Virus record (IMG/VR): IMGVR_UViG_3300016478_000063 | Coordinates: 24,800-88,799 of that record | From: a virus | Lineage: Duplodnaviria; Caudoviricetes | Strand: one strand, 5' to 3' | DNA: 64,000 nt | Shown here: positions 56,757 to 64,000 of the stretch, in pieces | How the letters are laid out: each line of letters starts with the position of its first letter | Numbering within the stretch: the first letter of the stretch is position 1 | Translations under genes and position numbers: made by a program | The notes under the pieces: model-generated | What the model saw: the letters and a program-made list of their open reading frames with translations, nothing else | Told to the model about the DNA's origin: nothing | Database searches by the model: none

Positions 56757-57217
56757 GTCTGTAGCAAGAATAGTAAAGCCATATTGAATTTTACCGTGTT
56801 AATTCTAATCCGGCTGAAATAGTGCTGAAGGCCACAGCTACCTGCCAATCAGCGTGAGAAACCAAAAATGTTTCCCCTCTCCCCAAACACGCAATCTTCG
56901 TTGCGTTTAAAACGATCCAGACACCATTTACAAGCAGACTTGCTTTGCTACCGACATTTCAGCTCTAATAGCTTGGTGTGGGCTGGGCTACGCTCCATCT
57001 CATCTGGTTAGTCGTAGCGATCATATCAAGCACTAACGTAGCTTTCACGAAATGATGCTTCAAGGTAGCGATCACACCTTCTTCATTCACTAGGCAAAAT
57101 GTTTGAAGATACGGGCTTTCGCCCGAGCTGGGTTTTATCCCAGCCCCAAGCCGTAGGCTTGATTTGGGATAGTGCATTGCACTATATTCTTTTGTCCACA
57201 ATCCACAGACCGTGGAC
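56757..57217 (-). ncRNA. candidate large structured non-coding RNA
   Basis: No credible ORF; many perfect hairpins including a GAAA tetraloop, plus two long-range helices. Confidence 0.55.
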
Positions 57218-57246
57218 AGTTATTCTTTATTTATCAGTGAACATTA

Positions 57247-57882
57247 TCAGCTAATATCTTTGAAAGGGTTGATTTCAAGTGTCCATCCCTTCCAATAATC
57301 ATACTCATCAGATTCAACAACATTGTTGTGTTCAAGGCGAATCTTGTTACCAATCTGAACCACCAAACCTCTGTCAGAATCTTTATATCGTTTAACAATG
57401 TACAATTGGTAACGTGGGAGCCAACCATCTTTAGGAGTGGCTTTCAGTAGTTGCCAACCAGCATTATCAAAATCATCTCGTACATAATCTTGTCCAGCCA
57501 GCTTTGTGATCGTGTATTTACGTACATCACAACCAAGGACAAATCTCTTAAAGTTGTTGAATGGATTGCGAACCGCCATCCACCAAAACCTATTTAAAGG
57601 CTTTCTGCTATCTGCACCAAAACTGTTTGCATCCCACCAACCACGATGATCGCCAGTAGATGAATCTTCAAGGTTATCCCAAGGCCAGAATACTTTAGGA
57701 AACACCTCTCTAATCCATTTACGATTGGTATTGTACATTGTGAAGTGTTTGGCGGATTCAGGATCATATTTTCCAAGTAGGAGCATGATAGGGACTACCA
57801 AGAATCCTAACAAAATACCGCATACTTGAAGGACAAAGAACAAGATAGTAGTTACTGCGAATACAACAACTTCTTTAAACAC
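57247..57882 (-). CDS. membrane-anchored Trp-rich phage protein
   Basis: N-terminal TM; FWPWDN...WMAVRNP.NN pattern. Confidence 0.6.
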   Translation of the reverse strand: MFKEVVVFAVTTILFFVLQVCGILLGFLVVPIMLLLGKYDPESAKHFTMYNTNRKWIREVFPKVFWPWDNLEDSSTGDHRGWWDANSFGADSRKPLNRFWWMAVRNPFNNFKRFVLGCDVRKYTITKLAGQDYVRDDFDNAGWQLLKATPKDGWLPRYQLYIVKRYKDSDRGLVVQIGNKIRLEHNNVVESDEYDYWKGWTLEINPFKDIS

Positions 57883-58292
57883 TATTCTTTATCCTTCTTA
57901 ACAGCATCGTTGACGAACAGAGAGAACACAGCACCATTCGGTTGTTTTTCCTGCTCTTCTTTCTCAGCTTCTTCTGCTTCAATAGCGTCACCCTTCCAAC
58001 GAAGACCGTTCATCTCTGCTTCGTCAACAGCGGCAGCCTTGGTAAAGCTGATAAGGTTGTTCAGCACCCATTTTGCAGTCTGGAGTGATTCCCGGTCTAC
58101 GGCTTCCTCTTTTACTGACTTCTCAACCAGAGCCAGTGAATGAGGCTCAAGTTCTTGCAACTTAACCAAAGTCTTACGCAGGGCTGATTTTTTAATACGC
58201 TTTTTACGCTGATTTTGATTATCGGCTGCCAAAGTATTACCTTTCTCAAACCTGTGCGTCGGATTCGGATTACCCTTGGGCATAATTTTCAT
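57882..58292 (-). CDS. terS: terminase small subunit (putative)
   Basis: RFEKGN N-terminal motif, helical body, upstream of terL. Confidence 0.55.
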   Translation of the reverse strand: MKIMPKGNPNPTHRFEKGNTLAADNQNQRKKRIKKSALRKTLVKLQELEPHSLALVEKSVKEEAVDRESLQTAKWVLNNLISFTKAAAVDEAEMNGLRWKGDAIEAEEAEKEEQEKQPNGAVFSLFVNDAVKKDKE

Positions 58293-58896
58293 ACCTCTTA
58301 ATTATAGCTTCTGAAATACATCTATCAGATTCTAGGCGTGCAAACTCATAAGCCAGTTCCAATTTTCTTGAAAGCCAAGCTTCATGTGCTGATAGTGGAT
58401 CACGAAAATTCCCCAAGAACTCCCTCTTTCCACTAAAAGGGTTGGAAATCTTAGCATCAAACATGTTCTTTTTATTATGGAAGCTAACACCTATTGGCCA
58501 CTCTCCCCTTAGCGCAGACCTCTCTGTCATAAAAGAGTTTAACTTTTTACTGATAAACACGCATGTTTCTGGGGAGTAATGTTTGTTGCCTCTGAGTAAC
58601 AAATCTTTATCTAAGTACTTACCTTGCCAATCTTGTTGTTCCATCCAAGCTTTGAAGTTACTAAAAGTTAGCCACTCTTCGCAGACAGTGCAATCTTTAT
58701 AGGATGGTTTAGTTTTATGGTACTTGTCAGAATAGCATCTTTCAAGCATGCTTGCCCACTTATTATAGAATGGACATACAGCATTTTTCTTATTTGTTAC
58801 AACCTCAGATAAATGTGATTCACCATGAACATGGTAGTCTGCATCATTTATACCAACACCATAAACTAATTTAGTTTTCTTATAGACCTTCTTCAT
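58270..58896 (-). CDS. free-standing HNH homing endonuclease (family A)
   Basis: YGVGINDADY...CPFYNKWASMLERCY...YLDKDLLLRGNKHYSPETCVF. Confidence 0.83.
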   Translation of the reverse strand: MKKVYKKTKLVYGVGINDADYHVHGESHLSEVVTNKKNAVCPFYNKWASMLERCYSDKYHKTKPSYKDCTVCEEWLTFSNFKAWMEQQDWQGKYLDKDLLLRGNKHYSPETCVFISKKLNSFMTERSALRGEWPIGVSFHNKKNMFDAKISNPFSGKREFLGNFRDPLSAHEAWLSRKLELAYEFARLESDRCISEAIIKRYENYAQG

Positions 58897-59050
58897 TTTA
58901 AAACCTCTATAGTCAAATTACTCAATGTCGCAACAGGGACATGCAACAAACCCTACAAAGAGTAATTTGCTATAAAAGTCTTACTGTCGCTTGTTTCTAA
59001 AGGCTGTTGCGCAGCCTGTGTAAAGCATTTCTGCTTTCTATAATCAACTC

Positions 59051-59225
59051 AAAAGAATTAACTATAGAAAGCATCCTATCAGATCAATAGGTGAACAAGG
59101 ATGCTTAATGATAGCCCAACAGACAGGAGGAATCCGTAGGACTACCGAGGATGCAGATGAAGGAGAGAACATCTGCGAGGAGAAACTTAATTCTAAAAAT
59201 TCACAAGCTCTGTATATAGCTTGCA
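59051..59225. ncRNA. candidate small RNA with seven AGGA motifs (strand unresolved)
   Basis: AGGA with GGA at 59099, 59126, 59129, 59139, 59149, 59162 and 59179; closed by an AGAATTAA/TTAATTCT helix. Confidence 0.45.
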
Positions 59226-59229
59226 ATAT

Positions 59230-59257
59230 ATTATACGCGATTTATTTTTATTTGCAA
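59230..59257 (-). promoter_or_regulatory. sigma70-like promoter heading the packaging/morphogenesis operon
   Basis: TTGCAA-16 bp-TATAAT. Confidence 0.6.
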
Positions 59258-59264
59258 CAATTAT

Positions 59265-59471
59265 TTAGTCATTTAGTGGTTTTGCTGGTGTAACTTCTCT
59301 CGAAAAGGGCACTTCAGTAATATCTTCAAGCTGATAAGACCTATAATCGCAAAATTCAGGTTCATCAATAAAAGGCTGACAAGACCAACAAATATCATTC
59401 ATTGATCCGTCAGGAAGATCAAAACTCATCTCACCACGAGTAAGCACAACACCACAACAGGAACATCTCAT
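59265..59471 (-). CDS. small Zn-finger protein
   Basis: CSCC...CWSC. Confidence 0.55.
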   Translation of the reverse strand: MRCSCCGVVLTRGEMSFDLPDGSMNDICWSCQPFIDEPEFCDYRSYQLEDITEVPFSREVTPAKPLND

Positions 59472-59553
59472 AAAACACCTTTCTTGTTTTTGTTATTAAG
59501 TAAGACACAGTGTACCACAACAATAGGTACCTATGTCAACCCCTAAGCAAAAT

Positions 59554-59805
59554 TTATTTTAGATATTCTTCTCTATAGCTCAAATAGTCCATAATCCCAA
59601 CATACTTAGGATCAGACACCTTATATGCAACATAGCTATGAATCAGACCAGATTCCTCGCTCCAATCATTTAAACTGTTACTCTTAAACCAAATATGGAC
59701 ACCATCATTCTTGTGGTAGTGATAGCCTTCTGAGTAAAGTTTCTCAGCATGAAGTAAGCCTTCGTACCAATCACTACGTTTGTATTTCTTTTTAAACAGA
59801 TTCAT
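59554..59805 (-). CDS. hypothetical protein
   Basis: Likely start MNLFKKKY at 59805. Confidence 0.45.
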   Translation of the reverse strand: MNLFKKKYKRSDWYEGLLHAEKLYSEGYHYHKNDGVHIWFKSNSLNDWSEESGLIHSYVAYKVSDPKYVGIMDYLSYREEYLK

Positions 59806-59974
59806 TGATTTTAGACTCCAGATATAAAATATATTCACAAAGCTCTTCCACAGATTCTGACACTCTCCAACCCTCACTATAACGATATTCTCTATAATCT
59901 TCTAATACGCCACGAGGTTTATACCCTTGACTGAAGGCTTCGAGCATTTCATCTCTGGTCTTTACTAAATTCAT
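59792..59974 (-). CDS. hypothetical protein
   Basis: SD AAGGAGG; 60 aa. Confidence 0.5.
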   Translation of the reverse strand: MNLVKTRDEMLEAFSQGYKPRGVLEDYREYRYSEGWRVSESVEELCEYILYLESKINESV

Positions 59975-59991
59975 TTCTCAATCCTCCTTAC

Positions 59992-60168
59992 TTAGCATTT
60001 TACTTCCCACTGACGCAAAGTGTAAACATAATCTTCTTCATAATCCTCCGACTCTAACTCTCGGATGTGGATTAGCGCCCTCTCTTCGTTATCAAATACT
60101 GAACAAATCCAACTGCCATTCTCATAAGGTGCTGAACTCATACCTTCAATAATCCATACAGTTCTCAT
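59992..60168 (-). CDS. small hypothetical protein (not in ORF track)
   Basis: MRTVWIIEGMSSAPYENGSW...EVKC, 58 aa; ATGA overlap with the upstream stop. Confidence 0.55.
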   Translation of the reverse strand: MRTVWIIEGMSSAPYENGSWICSVFDNEERALIHIRELESEDYEEDYVYTLRQWEVKC

Positions 60169-61400
60169 ACTAATACTTTCTCCTCTGAAAATTCACCATT
60201 ATCTTTCCACGTAATCCCGACTGGCACCAAGAAACCTACACCAAACCTTTTACGGAAGCAATTACCCATTGTGTCAGCCAACAGACCACAGTGTTCTCGC
60301 TCTACTATAAAGCTGTCATGCACAGGGAGGCAAGGAATATTTTTCTCAATCATCACACTAAGAACATCTGCGGCGAGTTCACTGTCAAAATACTGTAGAA
60401 CGCTACCGTACCCATCGCCCATGCAGAACAAATCCTTGAACTCTGGATATGCACATTCCACAAGAGCCATGACACTCGACGCTTTACCAAGCGTGTACTT
60501 CTCATCCTTGTATTTTCTAATCTCCTGTTCAATCGCCCCACGAGCTTTGTCTTTAGTGAGACTGTTAAACATGATATTTACGGCAAGCTTCACAATCTTA
60601 CGGTTTGAGGCTGATCGTTCATCTTCTTCCAAAATTCCCGAGTAAACGTCTGATGGAACCTTGGATAAATCAATCCCTTCACGAGCAGCAGCAATGCGGA
60701 AATGAAGATTACCAAAATCTACCTCAACAATCGGATTACCATTGATAGTTATATCCAGACGACCTTTGCTATTTTTATTCTCAATACGCAGTACATCAGC
60801 ACGATAGAATCTGCCACCATGACTGAAATCGGTGTTGAATACACGACAGTAAAAATTAGAGAGTACAGCACCACTACCATCTCGGATTGTACAAATGTCA
60901 ATCAATGTATTCAGTTTACGAACAACCTCTTCAAGCTTCTTGGTTCTCTCTGTTGTTCTGAAGATTACAGGATTTTTATCCTCATCACGAAGCTCAATGT
61001 ATGCGTAGGAATCCTGATACGCAAGCTCTGCCACACGGACAGCTTCCACGTCCGTGCAGAAATCTTCAATAAATTTATCTGTTGGAAGAATATAACTCAC
61101 TTCCCTCTTCTCCTCTATCTTATGCGCCTTACCAATGAAGTTGATGACATACCCATGATTTGACAGGTAGTCAACAGCTTTGATTATCCTTCGTGCAGTC
61201 ATACCCTTCTTACTCAGTGCTACTTTACCTGTCATACGTGAGTAGACAAGCTTACGATTCTTACGAACACAAGCAATGAGGTTAGTTATAACAACACCAA
61301 CAGCAGAGGTATCAGTGTTCCACCCTCTAACCACTGCACTAACTGAAGGTCTTACCTTAATGTCATAGGTAAGTAATCTGGTATTTAACACTACGTCCAC
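60165..61400 (-). CDS. minimal T7-RNAP/PolA-superfamily nucleotide polymerase
   Basis: GGRFY; motif A EVDFGNLH; motif B RKIVK; motif C PVHDSF. Confidence 0.7.
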   Translation of the reverse strand: MDVVLNTRLLTYDIKVRPSVSAVVRGWNTDTSAVGVVITNLIACVRKNRKLVYSRMTGKVALSKKGMTARRIIKAVDYLSNHGYVINFIGKAHKIEEKREVSYILPTDKFIEDFCTDVEAVRVAELAYQDSYAYIELRDEDKNPVIFRTTERTKKLEEVVRKLNTLIDICTIRDGSGAVLSNFYCRVFNTDFSHGGRFYRADVLRIENKNSKGRLDITINGNPIVEVDFGNLHFRIAAAREGIDLSKVPSDVYSGILEEDERSASNRKIVKLAVNIMFNSLTKDKARGAIEQEIRKYKDEKYTLGKASSVMALVECAYPEFKDLFCMGDGYGSVLQYFDSELAADVLSVMIEKNIPCLPVHDSFIVEREHCGLLADTMGNCFRKRFGVGFLVPVGITWKDNGEFSEEKVLV

Positions 61401-61615
61401 ACATACCTCCTATCTCTCCTCCTCTACCATATAGCGCAATAATTGATGTTAAAATCCTCTGTAGGCCACGGGGCACTAAGGCTGTAGCCATTTTTCAGTC
61501 AATTCAAATAGCCTTTTAGCCCACTCAACAGCACGAACAATACGTCCTTCGGACTGTCTGCATTCAGTCCTGCACACAGGAAAGATACATAGGTAATTTC
61601 TCCCCGTGTTCTGCA

Positions 61616-61643
61616 ATTCTACACCAATCCTCACACCTGTCAA
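61616..61643 (-). promoter_or_regulatory. leftward sigma70-like promoter
   Basis: TTGACA-16 bp-TAGAAT. Confidence 0.55.
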
Positions 61644-61658
61644 CAATCAAATTTCTGC

Positions 61659-61687
61659 TTGCATTCCCAAGCAACATGGGATAAAGT
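61659..61687 (+). promoter_or_regulatory. rightward sigma70-like promoter
   Basis: TTGCAT-17 bp-TAAAGT, divergent from the leftward promoter. Confidence 0.55.
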
Positions 61688-61804
61688 GTACCACAACCTG
61701 AGCTAAGAAAACAAGCCTTTATGAGCAAATTTATTTTCAAAAGACTTGTTTACAGGGCATGTGTCTGTGTTAGAATAGGTACATCAACAACGAAAGGAGG
61801 ACAA

Positions 61805-61993
61805 ATGAAAATCATCATGCATAAACGTCCACATATCATCCGAGGACACCTTCTACAAAACGTAGAGAAAGGAAAGCCTTATGAAGTTCTTGACACATAC
61901 CAGAAATCTTATAAGATTGTAGATGGAACAGGTAAAGAGATTTGGGTATCTGGAGCTGCATTTAGAAAGTATTTTTATGAGGAGAAACGATAA
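61805..61993 (+). CDS. hypothetical protein
   Basis: ATG 61805 after AAGGAGG. Confidence 0.55.
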   Translation: MKIIMHKRPHIIRGHLLQNVEKGKPYEVLDTYQKSYKIVDGTGKEIWVSGAAFRKYFYEEKR

Positions 61994-62739
61994 TGAAGTA
62001 CATGGGGTCAAAAGCACGACACGCTAAGGAGCTTCTACCGATCATCCTGAAAGACCATAAACCTGATATGTGGTATGTAGAGCCTTTTGTTGGCGGTGCT
62101 AACATGATTGACAAAGTTCCTGCTAACATTGCACCAAAACGCCTTGGTTGTGATGTGCATGAATATCTCATTGCAATGTGGCAAGCTGTTAGTGAAGGCT
62201 GGTTGCCCAATAAGCTGATTACCGAAGAAGACTATTTAGAAATTCGTAACAATAAAGATGTGGATAAAGCTTTAACTGGCTACGTTGGATTTGCAATGTC
62301 TTTTGGTGGTAAATGGTTTGGCGGCTATCGTAGGGATATTGCAGGGACTAAAGAAAATCCAAAGCTAAAGCAGCTTAATGAAAACGATCAAAGTCGTAAA
62401 TCTTACCAAAGTCTTTTAAAGCAACAGAAAAATCTACTAGGTGTTCACTTTCAAAACAAATCCGTGTTTGACATTGATTTTAGTCGTTGTGGTAAGGCGA
62501 CTATTTACTGTGATCCGCCATATCTCGGCACTACAAAATACAAAGATGATTTCGATCACGAACGCTTTTATGATTGGTGTGTAGAACGTCACAAAGAAGG
62601 TCATAATGTGTTTATCTCGGAATACTGGATGCCAGAAGATCGCTTTGAATGTGTTTGGTATAAAGAAGTTAACAACTCCTTGACAAAAGATACAGGTTCA
62701 AAGAAAGGTGTTGAGAAACTGTTTATTGTCAAGGGGTAA
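61993..62739 (+). CDS. DNA N6-adenine methyltransferase (D12/Dam class)
   Basis: KYMGSK, VEPFVGGANM and YCDPPY motifs. Confidence 0.88.
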   Translation: MKYMGSKARHAKELLPIILKDHKPDMWYVEPFVGGANMIDKVPANIAPKRLGCDVHEYLIAMWQAVSEGWLPNKLITEEDYLEIRNNKDVDKALTGYVGFAMSFGGKWFGGYRRDIAGTKENPKLKQLNENDQSRKSYQSLLKQQKNLLGVHFQNKSVFDIDFSRCGKATIYCDPPYLGTTKYKDDFDHERFYDWCVERHKEGHNVFISEYWMPEDRFECVWYKEVNNSLTKDTGSKKGVEKLFIVKG

Positions 62740-62743
62740 GCAA

Positions 62744-62974
62744 ATGAAGCCAAGTGCTATGAGGCGTAAACAGGCTGTAGATGCAGCAAGAGAATTTGTA
62801 TACGGGAAGCGATGTGAAATGCCGCAAGGGTTTGATGAAAGACAGCAGAGAATCTTTCTTAAATATGTGAGCATCACACAGAATCAAAAGCAATTCTATG
62901 ACAACCTTGATAATGATTGTTGGATTGCATATACTGGAATGACCAGACAAGGGTATGAGGAGGAAAACAAATGA
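62744..62974 (+). CDS. hypothetical protein
   Basis: ATG 62744; 76 aa. Confidence 0.45.
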   Translation: MKPSAMRRKQAVDAAREFVYGKRCEMPQGFDERQQRIFLKYVSITQNQKQFYDNLDNDCWIAYTGMTRQGYEEENK

Positions 62975-63327
62975 AGATCACAGACGAAGATCGCCAGAAA
63001 GCAAAAGAGAGTCGTCTTGCTAAGAAGCAATGGGCTGAAGAGAATTTAAAACTTGTCTATGAAGATGAAAATGTGTGGGAAGAACTTGCTAAGAAACATC
63101 GTGTGCGCCTCCCGCAGAAACACCTTCCAAATACAGAGCTGAAATACATGAAACGTATGTTCAAGCATTTAGGGCTTGACACGAAGCTGTATTTGGAGAA
63201 TTGTGGAGTAGCGTCCCTGAAGCAACTGGTAAACCTCAACCCAACATGGACAGCTCGTGCAGAATGTGGGATGTTGTTGGAGTATTTTGATAAATTCTTT
63301 AGCGAAGAGTTCTGCACAGAGCCTTAA
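62971..63327 (+). CDS. hypothetical protein
   Basis: SD GAGGAGG; 118 aa. Confidence 0.6.
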   Translation: MKITDEDRQKAKESRLAKKQWAEENLKLVYEDENVWEELAKKHRVRLPQKHLPNTELKYMKRMFKHLGLDTKLYLENCGVASLKQLVNLNPTWTARAECGMLLEYFDKFFSEEFCTEP

Positions 63328-63444
63328 ACAAAGGTAAAAATGCTCCGTTAGTGGGGAAAATGAGGGTGTAAATCAACGATCTACTCATAAGGTAGGCTAC
63401 CCTACTGGGGTAGGCTTACAAAGCAAATAAAGAGGAGAAATCCA

Positions 63445-63627
63445 TTGACAGAACAAGATAAGAAACCAGACATTAGCTCCTATGATGCTTATGTAAGAGC
63501 AGTTAAAGAAGAAATTGGTGTAAAGGTTCTTACAGAAGAGCTTGCACAATACTTGATGAGGATGTATATTAGCAAAACACCAGTAAGCGTTGTGGTGGAT
63601 AACCTTGAAAAGATGAAGGAGAAATAA
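63445..63627 (+). CDS. hypothetical protein
   Basis: TTG start after GAGGAG. Confidence 0.5.
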   Translation: MTEQDKKPDISSYDAYVRAVKEEIGVKVLTEELAQYLMRMYISKTPVSVVVDNLEKMKEK

Positions 63628-63825
63628 ATGTCATTGATTCTTTGGATAACCTTACTCTCTTACTTAGCTGTGGCTATGGTCTTTAACCTAGCTATGTTAA
63701 GTTTTTACAGAGAAGATAAGAATAATCCTAACTCCTCTTGGAGTGGGAGTGAAGTTTGTGATAAAAATTGGTATGGTAATCGCCAGTATGATTTGGCCCG
63801 TTTGTATTGGCTATGGGTTCTTTAA
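63628..63825 (+). CDS. small membrane protein
   Basis: N-terminal hydrophobic helix. Confidence 0.5.
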   Translation: MSLILWITLLSYLAVAMVFNLAMLSFYREDKNNPNSSWSGSEVCDKNWYGNRQYDLARLYWLWVL

Positions 63826-63853
63826 GATGTATACTAAGAAGGAGAAGTAAATA

Positions 63854-64000
63854 ATGACCAGTAAATTGATTCTAAGCACCAACTATGTAGTCGTCCTACA
63901 AGAATTTGAGAAAGCTGTCCTGCAAGGCTACCTATTTGTACCGGGACGTTCTGATCTTGCAATTCATCCTACGGGACTCATGGAGTTGGAACTTTTTAAA
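63854..64000 (+). CDS. hypothetical protein, truncated by the window edge
   Basis: SD AAGGAG, ATG 63854, open to the end of the window. Confidence 0.5.
   Translation, partial: MTSKLILSTNYVVVLQEFEKAVLQGYLFVPGRSDLAIHPTGLMELELFK

Noticed and set aside
56965-57201. 78 aa ORF in the terS-terL gap
   Set aside because: No SD or protein-like features; it overlaps dense RNA hairpins and is treated as non-coding.
59108-59293. 61 aa plus-strand ORF over the AGGA element
   Set aside because: No RBS, runs antisense through a promoter and gene end, and has a composition driven by the AGGA repeats.
1254-63317. Numerous short overlapping or antisense ORFs in the six-frame track (e.g. 7001-7567, 48948-49559, 49858-50421, 60702-61163)
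   Set aside because: Shadows of well-supported genes on the opposite strand or frame, with no RBS or motifs.
1-64000. CRISPR array, tRNA or tmRNA genes, integrase
   Set aside because: No regularly spaced repeats, no T-arm GTTCGA cloverleafs in the intergenic gaps, and no recombinase motifs were seen.
1-64000. Stop-codon reassignment as the cause of fragmented genes
   Set aside because: All other core genes are intact in the standard code; the TMP and sheath breaks are fully explained by introns.

Overview
A 64 kb segment of an AT-rich lytic myovirus (contractile tail) genome. The host is probably a gammaproteobacterium; Pseudomonas is plausible from the tailspike style but not proven. Bases 1-20.8 kb (+) hold replication and nucleotide metabolism genes: T7-type primase-helicase, family B DNA polymerase, SSB, 5'-3' exonuclease, ThyX, NrdAB and glutaredoxin. 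Bases 20.8-61.4 kb (-) hold lysis genes, two tailspikes, a tail fibre, baseplate, tail, head, portal and terminase, plus a minimal T7-RNAP/PolA-superfamily polymerase. Bases 61.7-64 kb (+) start an early arm with a DNA adenine methyltransferase. The window is heavily invaded by mobile DNA, with 14 homing endonuclease genes (about 11 kb). Three related IA2-like group I introns are present, two in the tape-measure gene separated by a 57-nt exon and one in the tail-sheath gene. All three splice back to perfect reading frames. The most striking unannotated pattern is gene-end replacement: free-standing endonuclease cassettes sit inside essential genes, supply a diverged replacement terminus, and leave the old terminus as an orphan (o-spanin, exonuclease, and both ends of the head-tail adaptor). 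Other highlights are endonuclease-specific sigma70 promoters coupled to SD-sequestering hairpins, a ~460-nt structured non-coding RNA candidate upstream of terL, an AGGA-repeat (Rsm/Csr-sponge-like or anti-SD) small RNA candidate, tailspike modules bracketed by shared repeats, and a -1 frameshift in the tail chaperone gene. All alignments and pairings were done by eye; no database searches were run.
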